Positions 14,299-26,341 of a DNA stretch of 64,000 nucleotides are shown piece after piece. The DNA lies in NCBI GenBank assembly GCA_964016885.1, contig OZ024743.1, positions 83,204,001-83,268,000 of the forward strand. The letters are read 5' to 3'. The notes beneath the pieces were generated by a model, which searched no databases, was not told the DNA's origin, and saw only the letters and a program-made list of their open reading frames with translations. The DNA comes from Eledone cirrhosa (taxonomy: Eukaryota). Each line of letters begins with the position of its first letter. The stretch's first letter is position 1. Made by a program: the position numbers and the translations under genes.

Positions 14299-14922
14299 TC
14301 TATAAAACTGAGGGTCTGTGTGTGTGTGTGTGTGTGAATCCCTAAAACTCGAGAAGTACCCAACCGATTTTTTCAAACTTTACATGTGTATTACTTATGT
14401 TTCAGGGAGTATTATGCACATAAAATCAACTATTTGATCCCCTAGGGCCCGCAGTAGGTGAAAAACTGCGTTTTTTAAGCTTTTTAGGGTTTTTTTGAGG
14501 CGTTACGTCATACTGATTTCCTTGAAATTGTAACTATGTATTAGTCAGTCTCTTCTTCATACCGTGAGCAAAGAAAATCCAACTTTTTTATGGCCTAGGC
14601 CCACATTAGGTGAAAAACTTCATTTTTTCAGCTTTTAAGGGCTTTTTGGAGGCGTTACGTCTAGCCGATTTTCCCGAAATTTCAAGGGATATTATGCACA
14701 TTAAAAAAATTCATTTTCTTGATCCCCTAGGGCCCGCATTAGTTGAAAACCTGCATTTTTCCTGCTTCATCGAGGAAAATCTTAAAGATTATCCAGCCAT
14801 CAGAGTATTCAGTTTATTTTCTTTACATATTGTCCAGGCATGCAGTTTTTCCACGATTAGGTCTGTTGGCGGCCTGCATTCCAAAATATCTTCTCCCGTG
14901 CAACGCCGGATACCACTGCTAG
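14299..14922 (+). mobile_element. Non-autonomous Helitron-like element
   Basis: 5' TCTATAAAA...(TG)n; 3' hairpin cccgtgcaacgccgg followed by CTAG|T; internal subrepeats. Confidence 0.7.
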
Positions 14923-15470
14923 TATATATATATAAACTTAAGAAAATTAACAAATTGAGGACCAGACAAATGAAAACATGGCAAAACGAAAAACCATTTT
15001 TTAAAGGGGAAACCGTAAAAAATAATTTTTTGAAAAGCAAAATACAAATGAAAAACACAGAACTCCAGGTTCATCAGCTGTTGAGATGGACCTTGCCAGT
15101 TTCAACCCCTACCAACGGTATTGCTTGTACACCCGGGGTGAGAGGAGGTGACAAATATTAAAATACGTTCATCAGATCTCAGACTACCTGCAGTTTCAAT
15201 CTGAGATTACTGCGAAGAATAGGAGGCTCGTAAGAATGGAGAAATAAATATCTTCGTTGGTACCCATTCTATTTCTTCCAATCATTTCTTCAAGTCAACT
15301 CACAGCCGCTGATTTCTGTCCTTCGAGGTAATGTTTTACCCAACACCACTTCGATGGTATTTTACTGTTTTAACAGCTTCCTTACGCTGAGTTTTTCTAC
15401 TTTCCTACAAATTCTACATTCATATATCTATGTTTCAAAACTCGATATTCGAGTTAATATTCTTTATATA

Positions 15471-16140
15471 TAAAAGGAAAACGAACACAGACATATACAT
15501 ATGTGTTCAAATCGTAAGGGACTAGATTTGCTAAGGTGAAAAGAATACTAACTATAGACAATAGGGTTTGTAAGACTTAATTTAAGAATAAATCAAGAAA
15601 ATAAATACAAACCATAATTGCGGTAATTACCAATCAGCCGGACAGTTTTGATAATACTGTTTCGCAATATTAATTGTGAAAAGGACTACCATATTCTCGC
15701 TGATCAGCGGGTGAAGAAATGTTAGTATCCTGGTCACTTCTAAAAAAAAACTGGATAGTGTGTTTATATATAACGCACCTGGTATCAGAACTTAGTGTGT
15801 CTCACAAACTCACACCACTAAAAATAGCAGCCGGGTTTACTCGACATTTGAATTAGCTTGACAAATTAACGGAGCCGAATATATTCAAGACATATATTGA
15901 GTTAGAAACTCAAAATAGTCTCTTACAATAAATTAGCTCTGGGAAATTGTCTATAGTTAGTATTCTTTTCACCTTAGCGAATCTAGTCCCTTACGATTTG
16001 ACCACATATATGTATGTCTGTGTTCGTTTTTCTTTTTGTTCAGTTATATTATACGGCTCGGAAAAATCTCTTTCCTAGAGCTAATTTATTGTAAGAGACT
16101 ATTTTGAGTTTCTAACTCAATATATGCCTTGAATATATTC
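15471..16140. mobile_element. Fold-back element 2 with permuted arms (A-mid-B / A'-spacer-B') between TA runs
   Basis: 15471-15562 inverted at ~15946-16036; 15878-15945 inverted at ~16071-16140. Confidence 0.8.
15635..15713 (-). ncRNA. Type I hammerhead with G8-to-C core change
   Basis: CACCCG-CUGAUCA-GCGA...UUGC-GAAA-CAGU(auuaucaaa)ACUG-UC-CGGCUG. Confidence 0.6.
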
Positions 16141-16247
16141 TTTATATATATCATTTCATCATCATCATTTCATTTTACGTCCGCTTTTTCCCTGCTTGCA
16201 AGGGTGGGACGGGAACTGATTATTACTATATATATATATATATATAT

Positions 16248-17290
16248 AGTAATAATAATAAATTTGAAGACTAAAATCCAAAGAGGGCTCGATAAGGATA
16301 AATATATATCAAATATATAAGAACCGTAGAGCAAATATTTATTAAAATAAGAGATTAAAGTTTAAGCAAAGAATCGCTGCTTTCAACCTTAACAGGATCT
16401 TCTGAAATTAACAAAGTCAATCTGTAAACGCAGAACTGGATATTTCAAAAAACGTTGCAACCGGAGGAAGACAGGAAGACGATACTTTGATTCGTCATTA
16501 ATAGGAGCGGTGAAAAACAATTACGCGCAATGACAGAACAACGTTAATGGTATAAGAGAGGTCGTAGACTAATGTTCTCTTAGGTGGTGCATAGAGACGT
16601 TCTCTGGCAATGAACGAAAAAAACGAAGATAATACGTCATATGTGGAGCGTGGAGAACAATAGCACGCAAAGACAAAACCACGTAAATGGTATAGCAGAA
16701 GTGGTAGACTAAAATTCTAACTAGGAGACCAAGTGAATGGTAAGTTTTTGTGTATGTACGTTGCTGTTTGCATGTATGTATTTATTTATTTCTATTACTT
16801 CTGTATTGTATTTATTTACTTTGTTCTTAACTCCGTAGCGGAGATTCACACGGTCTCCTAGTTAGAATTTTAGTCTACCACTTCTGCTATACCATTTACG
16901 TGGTTTTGTCTTTGCGTGCTATTGTTCTCCATGCTCCACATATGACGTATTATCTTCGTTTTTTTCGTTCATTGCCAGAGAACGTCTCTATGCACCACCT
17001 AAGAGAACATTAGTCTTCGACCTCTTTTATACCATTAACGTTGTTCTGTCTTTGCACGTAATTGTTTTTCACCGCTCCTATTAATGACGTATTATATTCG
17101 TTTTTTCCCGATCTTTGCCACCGAACGATCCTACGAACCAAAGTATCGTCTTCCTGTCTTCCTCCGGTTGCAACGTTTTTTGAAATATCCAGTTCTGCGT
17201 TTACAGATTGACTTTGTTAGTTTCAGAAGATCCCGTTAAGGGTGAAAGCAGCGATTCTTTGCTTAAACTTTAATCTGTTATTTTAATAAA
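16248..17290. mobile_element. Fold-back element 3 (~390-440-bp arms) between (TA)n tracts
   Basis: 16338-16730 inverted at 16852-17290; its terminus recurs as fragments at 5400-5475 (-) and 11630-11760. Copy 2 at ~60745-61787. Confidence 0.9.
17204..17277 (+). ncRNA. Hammerhead-like motif with CAGAAGA core (mirror at 16351-16424, minus)
   Basis: CAGAUUG..AGUUU-CAGAAGA-UCCC(guuaa)GGGU-GAAA-GCA...UGC-UU-AAACU.UAAUCUG. Confidence 0.5.
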
Positions 17291-17604
17291 TATATATATA
17301 TATATATATATATTTAGGGCATGTAAAATTCCCGAGATCCATGGACGTGTTCTCTCCATCAGTCTCTGTCCCTTATCATCGCTGCCATGTCCTGCGTCTC
17401 CAAGGGACTGGTGTCTGTCCTTAGGGCATCAATATATGTCAACCTCGGTCTCCATCTTCTAGTGTGTCCCACAGGAACACTGAGTGCAGTGTCAACTCTG
17501 AATGTCGGTGAGCATGTCCAGCTAACCTTAGTCTCCTCTGTGCTACATTTCAGGTAACTTTAGGGAGGCTCCCATACAGCTCTGAGTCCATATATATATA
17601 TATA

Positions 17605-18030
17605 TAATATATGTAGTAATAAACAGTAAATCGTATGTCTAATAATATGAGGGTTGAAGAACCACATTTGTTTGAAATATTTAACCATGAAACAGACAGA
17701 AAGATAAAAATATATACAGACTACCTCAATAACTATTATATCTCCCGGACAGATTAGTGATTAATCTGTTTCGCCCTGGGTGTGTTTGTAACAGATAATC
17801 CACGGGCATCATCAGCGATAGAATCTGATTAAATGTGAAATATTCCTTTTGTGTGACTGTTAACATTAGGTGTTTGTCGCATTTAATCAGATTCTCTCGT
17901 TGATGATGCCCGTGGATTAATTATTTGTTACAAAGACACTCAGGGTGAAACAGATTTATCACTAATCTGTCCGGGAGATATAATAGTTATTGAGGCGGTC
18001 TTTACTGTGTTTATTACTACATATATTATT
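17605..18030. mobile_element. Fold-back element 4 with a hammerhead in each arm
   Basis: 17718-17836 inverted at 17880-18000; 17605-17630 pairs with 18001-18030; follows (TA)n. Confidence 0.88.
17741..17822 (-). ncRNA. Type I hammerhead ribozyme, intact core, GUC site
   Basis: UCUAUCG-CUGAUGA-U-GCCC...GGGC-GAAA-CAGAUUA(aucac)UAAUCUG-UC-CGGGAGA. Copy 2 at 62239-62320; the plus-strand mirror at 17893-17978 has UUGAUGA. Confidence 0.85.
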
Positions 18031-18034
18031 ATTA

Positions 18035-18208
18035 TAATTGTTTCTACTTTAGGCACAAGGCCAGCAATTACTCAGTGCATTACTGGTACTTTATTTTATC
18101 GACCCCCGTAAGCATGAAAGGCAAAGTCAACCTCGGCGGGATTTGAACTCAGATTGTAAAGGGACGTAACTATGCTGGAAAGCATGGCGTCCGACCCTCC
18201 ACCGCCCT
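18035..18208 (-). mobile_element. tRNA-derived SINE family B
   Basis: Reverse complement of gagttcaaatcccgccgaggttgactttgcctttcat...gtcgataaaataaagtaccag...agtagaaacaattat. Confidence 0.85.
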
Positions 18209-18610
18209 TTTATTATTATAATGTTCAGTATTTATACTTTGAGCTTGCTAATTACAGGGTTTCAGTATGAGTTATTAACTCTACCTTTCATTTATATATA
18301 TATATATATATCTATATAAAAACAAATAACGAAACGAAATTAAATTTCGTTTCGTTTGTAACTCACTTTTGTATGACTGACGCTTAAACAATTAAGTTAA
18401 AAATGTACATCTACATATGCATACTGAAATACTAGTATGCATATGAATACACACACGTATACATATGTAGATGTACCAAGTCTTTCACTGGTTACTTTAC
18501 TGTGAGTATCCAGCTATTCTGTATGTAAACACACAGACAAACCGGTTTTTAGAGTCATACTGGTTTTTGAGGAAACACCTTTCCTCTATTCTCCAGAAAG
18601 CCAGACAAGG

Positions 18611-18655
18611 AATATTGAACTAGTTTCGTTGTTGTTACAACTCATCAGCAATATT
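18611..18655 (-). ncRNA. Minimal type I hammerhead ribozyme
   Basis: Reverse complement of 19164-19208; copy 2 at 63108-63152. Confidence 0.85.
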
Positions 18656-19163
18656 TACCTATCTACCGGCCTTTCTGGAGAATCGTAAAAGCACATATCG
18701 TTATATGCTTTTTCTATGAAAATTAGTAGTGGGCAGACTAATTTGCATAGAGTGTGAGTACGTACCGGTTCAACGGAGACGATAAAAACAAATAACGAAA
18801 CGAAATTAAAGTTTGTCTGTGTGTTTACATACAGAATAGCTGGATACTCACAGTAAAGTAACCAGTGAAAGACTTGGTACATCTACATATGTATACGTGT
18901 GTGTATTCATATGCATACTAGTGTTTCAGTATGCATATGTAGATGTACATTTTTAACTTAATTGTTTAAGCGTCAGTCATACAAAAGTGAGTTACAAACG
19001 AAACGAAATTTAATTTCGTTTCGTTATTTGTTTTTATCGTCTCCGTTGAACCGGTACGTACTCACACTCTATGCAAATTAGTCTGCCCACTACTAATTTT
19101 CATAGAAAAAGCATATAACGATATGTGCTTTTACGATTCTCCAGAAAGGCCGGTAGATAGGTA

Positions 19164-19208
19164 AATATTGCTGATGAGTTGTAACAACAACGAAACTAGT
19201 TCAATATT
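19164..19208 (+). ncRNA. Minimal type I hammerhead ribozyme (GUU site after 19201)
   Basis: AAUAUUG-CUGAUGA-GUUGU(aaca)ACAAC-GAAA-C(ua)G-UU-CAAUAUU; stem III is the palindrome AACUAGUU. Copy 2 at 63661-63705. Confidence 0.87.
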
Positions 19209-19449
19209 CCTTGTCTGGCTTTCTGGAGAATAGAGGAAAGGTGTTTCCTCAAAAACCAGTATGACTCTAAAAACCGGTTTGTCTGTGTGTTTACATACAG
19301 AATAGCTGGATACTCACAGTAAAGTAACCAGTGAAAGACTTGGTACATCTACATATGTATACGTGTGTGTATTCATATGCATACTAGTATTTCAGTATGC
19401 ATATGTAGATGTACATTTTTAACTTAATTGTTTATATCTATATATATAT

Positions 19450-19984
19450 ATTGTTATACTTGGAGAGGGTCATATTGTTAAAATATTGCAAGAAATAATA
19501 ACAGAATACACTCACTGTTTGGTTTGGGTTGGTTTTCGCTTCTGTGTCTTATATATCTCCATAGTTAATTTATCTGGCAATCAATGTTTATCATTGATTG
19601 ACCAACGGTTAAAAATACAGATATAAATATATATATAGTCTATCGAAGTTCTTTCGACACACATCCGTGGCTCCCGATTCTGTCTCTTTGGTTGTAGCCA
19701 GAGAACTGCATGCAGTTGATGAATTGTTGGATGTGTCTTTCCATTTCAGTTGGGTCACACATGCGGGACACATTCTTCATCACTCTTACCAAGTCTGCGA
19801 TCAGAATATTAAACTTAGCACTATTGGACATTGCAGAGTTTTTGAGTATCAGGTATTTGGAGGCCATGGGTTTAGCATAGTGTGAGTGGAGAATTTGGGC
19901 CCTCTTGTATGTAGTGTTTAACAAGAGTTCCGTGTCTAATACTGGTAGTCTATTGTTAGGGTGTTTGGAAGGGTAGTTAAACAT
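19450..19984 (-). mobile_element. Internally deleted Penelope-like element (same family as 36120-38335)
   Basis: LPVLDTEL...HYAKPMASK...SGY matches ORF 37114-37986; 19450-19670 matches its 3' tail. Confidence 0.88.
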
Positions 19985-20651
19985 TATATAACCTCCTCAG
20001 TGACAAGGCTGTTATTTAGTGTCTCTCCTTTGTTCTGTCCGACACCATCTAGTTTTTGTGAACTCACAAAAACAAGAGATTATTTCTTGTGTTAATTTTT
20101 ACTAAACAACAAAACACATTGATTACATCTGAAGGAGCTAAGCTGACAAAGATTTACTTAATGTCTATATTAATGTATGTAAATAATAGAATTATGTGAA
20201 CCCTTCAACGATACAGTAATTATTTACAAGTGAAAATATAACAACATTGGAAAAATATATTTCTTCAATATAGTCAATGTTAATCCTAACTTTGCTGACT
20301 GTTTCTCTATACATGGCTTTATGATCATGTCTCCAAAACATGTACCAGACAGTGTTTCAGGTAGCTCTTTACAGTATTAGAACCTTATGTCACCAACGAA
20401 ACCCTACACCAACAAATGTCCCTTCAATATCAAAACAGGTCCCTGAAATACAGTTACTCAATCTCTATTTCACAGGTTGACCCAGACATAGTCCTAATGA
20501 AAGGAAATCCTTGTGGAATCATAGGGGTACCTTAGTGACATATAACATTTATTGGGTATTTTAGACCTGGTGGAGACAACACCCTTCTTCCAGATCTGAA
20601 TACACTTGATTTCTTCCAGAGAAAGGGATATATGTGTGTGTATATATGTAT

Positions 20652-20700
<49 letters not shown>

Positions 20701-21221
20701 ACCTGTAAATCTTGGGGTAGTTGTAGGGGTACTCTAGTGGATTTCAGTCTTTGTTGCACATATTTTAAAACCTGATGGATCCCATCTCCTCTCTCCAGGT
20801 CTGAACACAATTGAGATCTGAATAAAACTTCAAGGGAAATCAGATATTGTATGGATTCATATAGATTCATTAGCCTCCTGGTCTAAACTCAACTGATTCC
20901 TCCTGGAGAAGGAGAGAGAAGTGAGAAAAAGATATTGAGAAAGAATTGACTCCTACTAATAAAAAGGTGGAAGTTAAACTGGTGTTGACATGTCATGAGG
21001 AGAGGAGATGATACCTATGTTACAAAGTCCTATAAGAATGAATTTGTCTTTGGTTGTTTAATAAAAACTAACACAACTCATTGATTATATGTGAAAAAAG
21101 TAAGTTGACAAAGATTTACTTAATGTCTATATTAATGTAAATATTATGATTATGTGAACCTTTCAACGATACAGTAATTATATACAAGGGAAAACATAAA
21201 TTACCACTAATACTAAATACT

Positions 21222-21858
21222 ATACTGTACATTAGATAATGTAGTCCTAGATACACTATGTCTGATAGCCACTAATACTAACTACTGTACTATACTGTAC
21301 ATTAGATAATGTAGTCCTACATACACTATATCTGATAGCCAGTAATACTAACTACTGTACATTTGATAATGTAGTCCTAGATATACTATGTCTGATAGCC
21401 ACTAACACTAACTACTATACTGTACATTAGATAATGTAGTCCTAGATACACTATGTCTAATATCCACTAATACTAACTACTGTACTGTATATTAGATAAT
21501 GTAGTCCTGAATACACAATGTCTGATAACCACTAATACTACCTACTTCAGTATACATTAGATAATGTAGTTCTGCATACACAATGTCTGATAGCCACTAA
21601 TACTAACTACTGTACTGTATATTAGATATTTTAGTCCTAGGTACACTGTCTGATAGTCACTAATACTAACTACTGTAAAGTACATTAGATAATGTAGTCC
21701 TAGATACACTATGTCTAATAGCCACTAATACTAACTACTGTACTGTACATTAGATAATGTAGTCCTAGATACACTATGTCTGATAGCCACTAATACTAAC
21801 TACTATACTGTACATTAGATAATGTAGTCCTAGATACACTATGTCTGATAGTCACTAG
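21222..21858. repeat. ~60-65-bp minisatellite, about 10 units
   Basis: Repeated ccactaatactaactactgtac...attagataatgtagtcctagatacactatgtctgatag. Confidence 0.92.
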
Positions 21859-22719
21859 TATATACGTAGTTCTCAGGGAGATTCAGCGAGACAAAACGTG
21901 TGACATGGCCTCCTTTTTAAATACATATAGAACCCATCTTATATTATAATGTGTCGGTATTTCATTGACACGTGTACCGTTGACATTGTTCTCAGGGAGA
22001 TTCAGTGTGACAATTCTATGTAACAACGTCCTCCTATAATGACTGGTACAACTTATTATTTTTGCCAGTTGGGTGAAATAAAACAATGAGAAATAAAGTG
22101 TCTTGTTCAAGGCCCCAACGTACAGACCACCCGGTATGAGATTCGAACTCACGAACCATACGTTTGTGAATTACGTGCTATCACCGCGTAAACCCAGTTT
22201 CCTCCACACAAAATACACCAGAATAAATTAATCCGGATTAATTCACGAACAAGATTTACAATAAGTCGCTGAGAGTGATCTCCCTTGGCTGACTTTCAAA
22301 TCTTTTCTTCCATTAGAAATTAATTTGTTTCATGTCCGACTGAAAGACTCTGGAGTTTTTACCTGTCTTGGGTTTAATTAATGAGGAATTTTGAGGTATT
22401 TATAACAATTATTAATTATTTCATTACTGAGATATCATTTGAAGGATTTACTGAAGTTTTTACTTATTAATTATTATATTAGTAACTTAATATGTGGTTC
22501 TTGTATAAAATTATGCTGGAAGATTTTAGGAAGAAGCTATGTAGCTGGTCCCGGTAAAATAGACTCCCAGGCTATGTAGCCGGTAAGAGTGCCAGACTCC
22601 ATGTGTTGCGGCCCTTTATGGTCTGAGTTAAGACAATTTAAAATCTATTCCACCATCAAATGTTAAAAAACAAGTTAAAATCATTTAGTCATTCATTCGT
22701 AACGTACGTTACACTTTAG

Positions 22720-23725
22720 CTACATATACATCTACTGTGTTACATATACACACATCTACTGTTTTACATATACACATCTACTGAGTTACATAGACACACA
22801 TCTACTGTGTTATATACACACACATCTACTGTGTTACATACACACATCTACTGAGTTATACACAGACATCTACTGTGTTACATACACACACATCTACTGT
22901 GTTACATACACACATCTACTGTGTTACATAGACATCTACTGTGTTACATACACATCTACTGAGTTACATGCACAGACATCTACTGAGTTACATACGCACA
23001 CATCTACTGTGTTACATGCACACACATCTACTGTGTTACATACACATCTACTTAGTTTCATACAGACATCTACTGGGTTACATGCACACACATCTACTGA
23101 GTTACATACACACACTGTGTTACATACATTCACATCTACTGTATTACATACACATCTACTAGGTTACATGCACACACATCTACTGAGTTACATACACACA
23201 TCTACTGTGTTACATAGATATCTACTGTGTTACATACACACACATCTACTGTGTTAGATACACACATCTACTGGGTTACATAGACATCTACTGAGTTACA
23301 TGCACACACATCTAGTGAGTTACATACACACACATCTACTGTGTTACATACACACACATCTGTGTTACATAATCATATGAGTTACATACACACATCTACT
23401 GTGTTACATACACACACATCTACTGAGTTACATGGACACACATCTACTGAGTTACATACACATCTACTGAGTTACATACACATCTACTGGGTTACATACA
23501 CACATCTACTGAGTTACATACACACACATCTACTGTGTTATATACAGACATCTACTGAGTTACATAGACACACATCTACTGTGTTACATACATACACTTC
23601 TACCGAGTTACATGCACACACATCTACTGGGTTACATACACACACATCTACTGTGTTATATACAAACATCTACTGAGTTACATAGACACACATCTACTGG
23701 GTTACACACCCACACATCTACTCAT
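22720..23725. repeat. 20-26-bp minisatellite (catctactg[a/t]gttacatacaca)
   Basis: Directly visible; generates spurious His/Thr-rich ORFs. Confidence 0.95.
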
Positions 23726-24600
23726 ACATATTCTTAAATAGACACACAATACAAAATAATTATTACATACACACACATTTATGTAATGATTGTGGGAGGA
23801 ATTGGCTGGTGAAACGCTATAGCGATGTGTGTGTTGCGTACCATTAAGGTTTACCGGCTTCGTAGCATTTTCAAAGATTTTATTATAATTATGAACCTTG
23901 AACTTCAACTAATTATGAATAATTTTGAGCTATTTATCACAATTGTTGGTTAATTACTAACATAGTAACTTTACATATGGTTGCTATATAAAATTTCGTT
24001 GGAAGACTTTAATTTAGATAGGAACCATTTCCACAGAACGAGAATCAATTTTGGCTGGGTTTCTACCAAAAGGGTTAATGAAGAATTTTGAACAATTTAC
24101 TAAAATTATTAATTATTTCATTACTAAGATAATGTGTGAATACACAATTATATATATAAACAGTATACATATAGTATACAAAAGATGTAGTGGGATAATG
24201 AGTAGTCTTAAGACAAGTCTGTCTAGATAGCTGCGCTGTAACTTACACTTATTGGGACTGTGTTGGCTAGCAGGCCTGTATTTTGGAGTCTAGCTGGTCC
24301 ATTATGAGGGAGGTGTGGTTAGTTGGCAGCACCATGCCTTACTTGTGGTATATGTATGTATAAATTATTGCATATATATAACGGTCCATCTATATGTATA
24401 CATGTATGTTTACGTATATGTTTGCATACATATATACATTTTCAGATGTATACACGTAAGAGTATATATATCTTTATATATATATATATATATGTATATT
24501 TATAAATATATAAACATAGATATGAGTGTATATATATATTTATATATATATATATATATCAATCATCTTTTAATATATATATGTATATATAAAATATATA

Positions 24601-24677
24601 CAGGGTCTCTCTCAAAATGTATACACACTTCAACTACAGTCTATGTAAATATGTATACATATTTTAGGGACACCCTG
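24601..24677. mobile_element. 77-bp Tc1/mariner-type MITE with TA flanks
   Basis: TA-CAGGGTctctctcaaaatgtatac...gtatacatattttagggaCACCCTG-TA. Confidence 0.65.
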
Positions 24678-25204
24678 TATATATATACATATCATGTAAC
24701 GTGACTCCTACTATTATTGGTTGTACAGATCGTCACAGATGAAAATATTTATTTCGACCAAGATTGAATATTTAATGGAATTAAGTGGAATTAGGAAATA
24801 AGACAATAAAAGAGTGAAATGAAGACATAAGAGGTACATAGAGTAAAAGAAGAGAGGGGAGAGAGAATTAACACAGTTTTGTCTTTCTATCTCTCTCACT
24901 CCTTCCATATTTTATTGTCTCTTACTACTCCTCGTAAAAGCAGGTCTGACCTTTAGTGTGAATTATATCCACTTATGTAGGTTTAACTTTACCAAGATTA
25001 CCGAATAACTGCTCGAACTTGGGGCTTCTGAAACTAACTTATTGTGTTCACAGATGTTGGATGATAATCTTCACCAATAAAAATGTGAAGAAGCAAGGTA
25101 ATAGATCTTTCTTTTTGTTTGTATTTGAATTAATTTTTCCGTGTTTTCTTTTCTTTTGCTTGTAAATAGAAGCCACGTGTTGTAAGAGTGGTTGAGTTAC
25201 TGCA

Positions 25205-25565
25205 GTGTTAATGCTTCAGTGTGTGAAAGCCAGGTTAACAGAGAATATGTACGGAACCATGCAAATGCTCTCCCATAGATCTTTCTTTGATTCACGGAGC
25301 ATCATGCTGAAGAAGATTGAAAATAAGTTTGGGGCAAGGACACAGCCTTGTTTCACGTCATTCTTGATGAAGAATTAATCAGAGACCATCATTGTGCTTT
25401 ACCTGTTCCTGCTGTCCTGTGTGGAGTTGTTGTAGCATGGTCTGGAATTTTAACGGACATCCAAGTCTTCTGAGGATCTTCCACAGTCCATCCCTAGTAA
25501 CTGTATCAAATGCCTTCGTCAGGCCAATGAAGGCAGCGTACAAGGCCATATTTTTCTCTCTAGTG
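25205..25565 (-). mobile_element. RTE/BovB-like LINE RT fragment
   Basis: Minus strand reads KAFDTV.R.GLWKIL...GCP.KF and DVKQGCVLAPNLFSIFFS. Confidence 0.75.
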
Positions 25566-26039
25566 GCTATCAGACAGAGTGTATGACGTACATTTGTCGT
25601 CCTTAAAAAAAGAAATAATGTTCAAGGGCAGATAATCCGACCTACTATATATCTCGATTACCTCCCTTGTCCTACAAATTTAAAGCACAAAAATATTTTC
25701 GCAAACTGAATAAAAATGAAAATTTATTGAAAGACGTATTTATACATACTGGCAATCTCTCTCTCTCTCTCTCTCTCTCTCCCCTCCACACCGAAATGGA
25801 CTGCATGCAGGTAAAAGGTGAAATTAAAAGCCATAGAAAGACGTATTTATACATACTGGCATAGAAATATAGGTAAATGATATAAATATAACTAATTAGA
25901 AATATAGGTAATTCATTATATATATATAGGTATGGTTGTGACAGGGGACGAGGCTCCGTATTGAAATATACGCTGACTACAGCAGATTTCTTCCAGAGAG
26001 AGATAGAAAGTGAGAGAGAATAAGAGAGATATAGAGGAA

Positions 26040-26200
26040 GTATCGACTCCAGTATTGGACTGGTACTTTTTTTATCGACATCGAAATGATGAAAGGCAAA
26101 GTTGACCTCGGCGGGATTTGAACTCAGAGAGCAGAGAACCGGAATGAATCCCTTAAAGTATTCTATCTGACGTTCTAACGACTCTGCCAATTCGCCGCCT
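26040..26200 (-). mobile_element. Diverged SINE family B
   Basis: ctggtact...atcgac...gatgaaaggcaaagttgacctcggcgggatttgaactcag. Confidence 0.75.
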
Positions 26201-26209
26201 ACCCCCCCC

Positions 26210-26288
<79 letters not shown>

Positions 26289-26341
26289 GGATTCTTTCTC
26301 ACGTCGTGTAGACGCGTTCTTGAGACTAGTAAAATGAGGTA

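Larger units (their letters stand above)
18316..19435. mobile_element. Fold-back element 5: 466-nt permuted unit, ~1.06 copies minus then ~1.34 copies plus (retrozyme-like or PLE pseudo-LTR)
   Basis: Direct repeats 18316/18782 and 18811/19277 are both 466 nt apart; inversion point 18810/18811; flanked by (TA)n. Copy 2 at 62813-63932. Confidence 0.88.

Noticed and set aside
14610-15161. 183-aa ORF conserved in both copies
   Set aside because: Spans a Helitron end and flank, has a non-ATG start and no domain; conservation only reflects the recent duplication.
22936-23676. His/Thr-rich ORFs, the Pro/Thr ORF at 28208-28597 and the YIYI ORFs
   Set aside because: Translation artefacts of mini- and microsatellites.
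21222-23725. Regular repeats resembling a CRISPR array
   Set aside because: No unique spacers, no cas genes, eukaryotic context; these are minisatellites.
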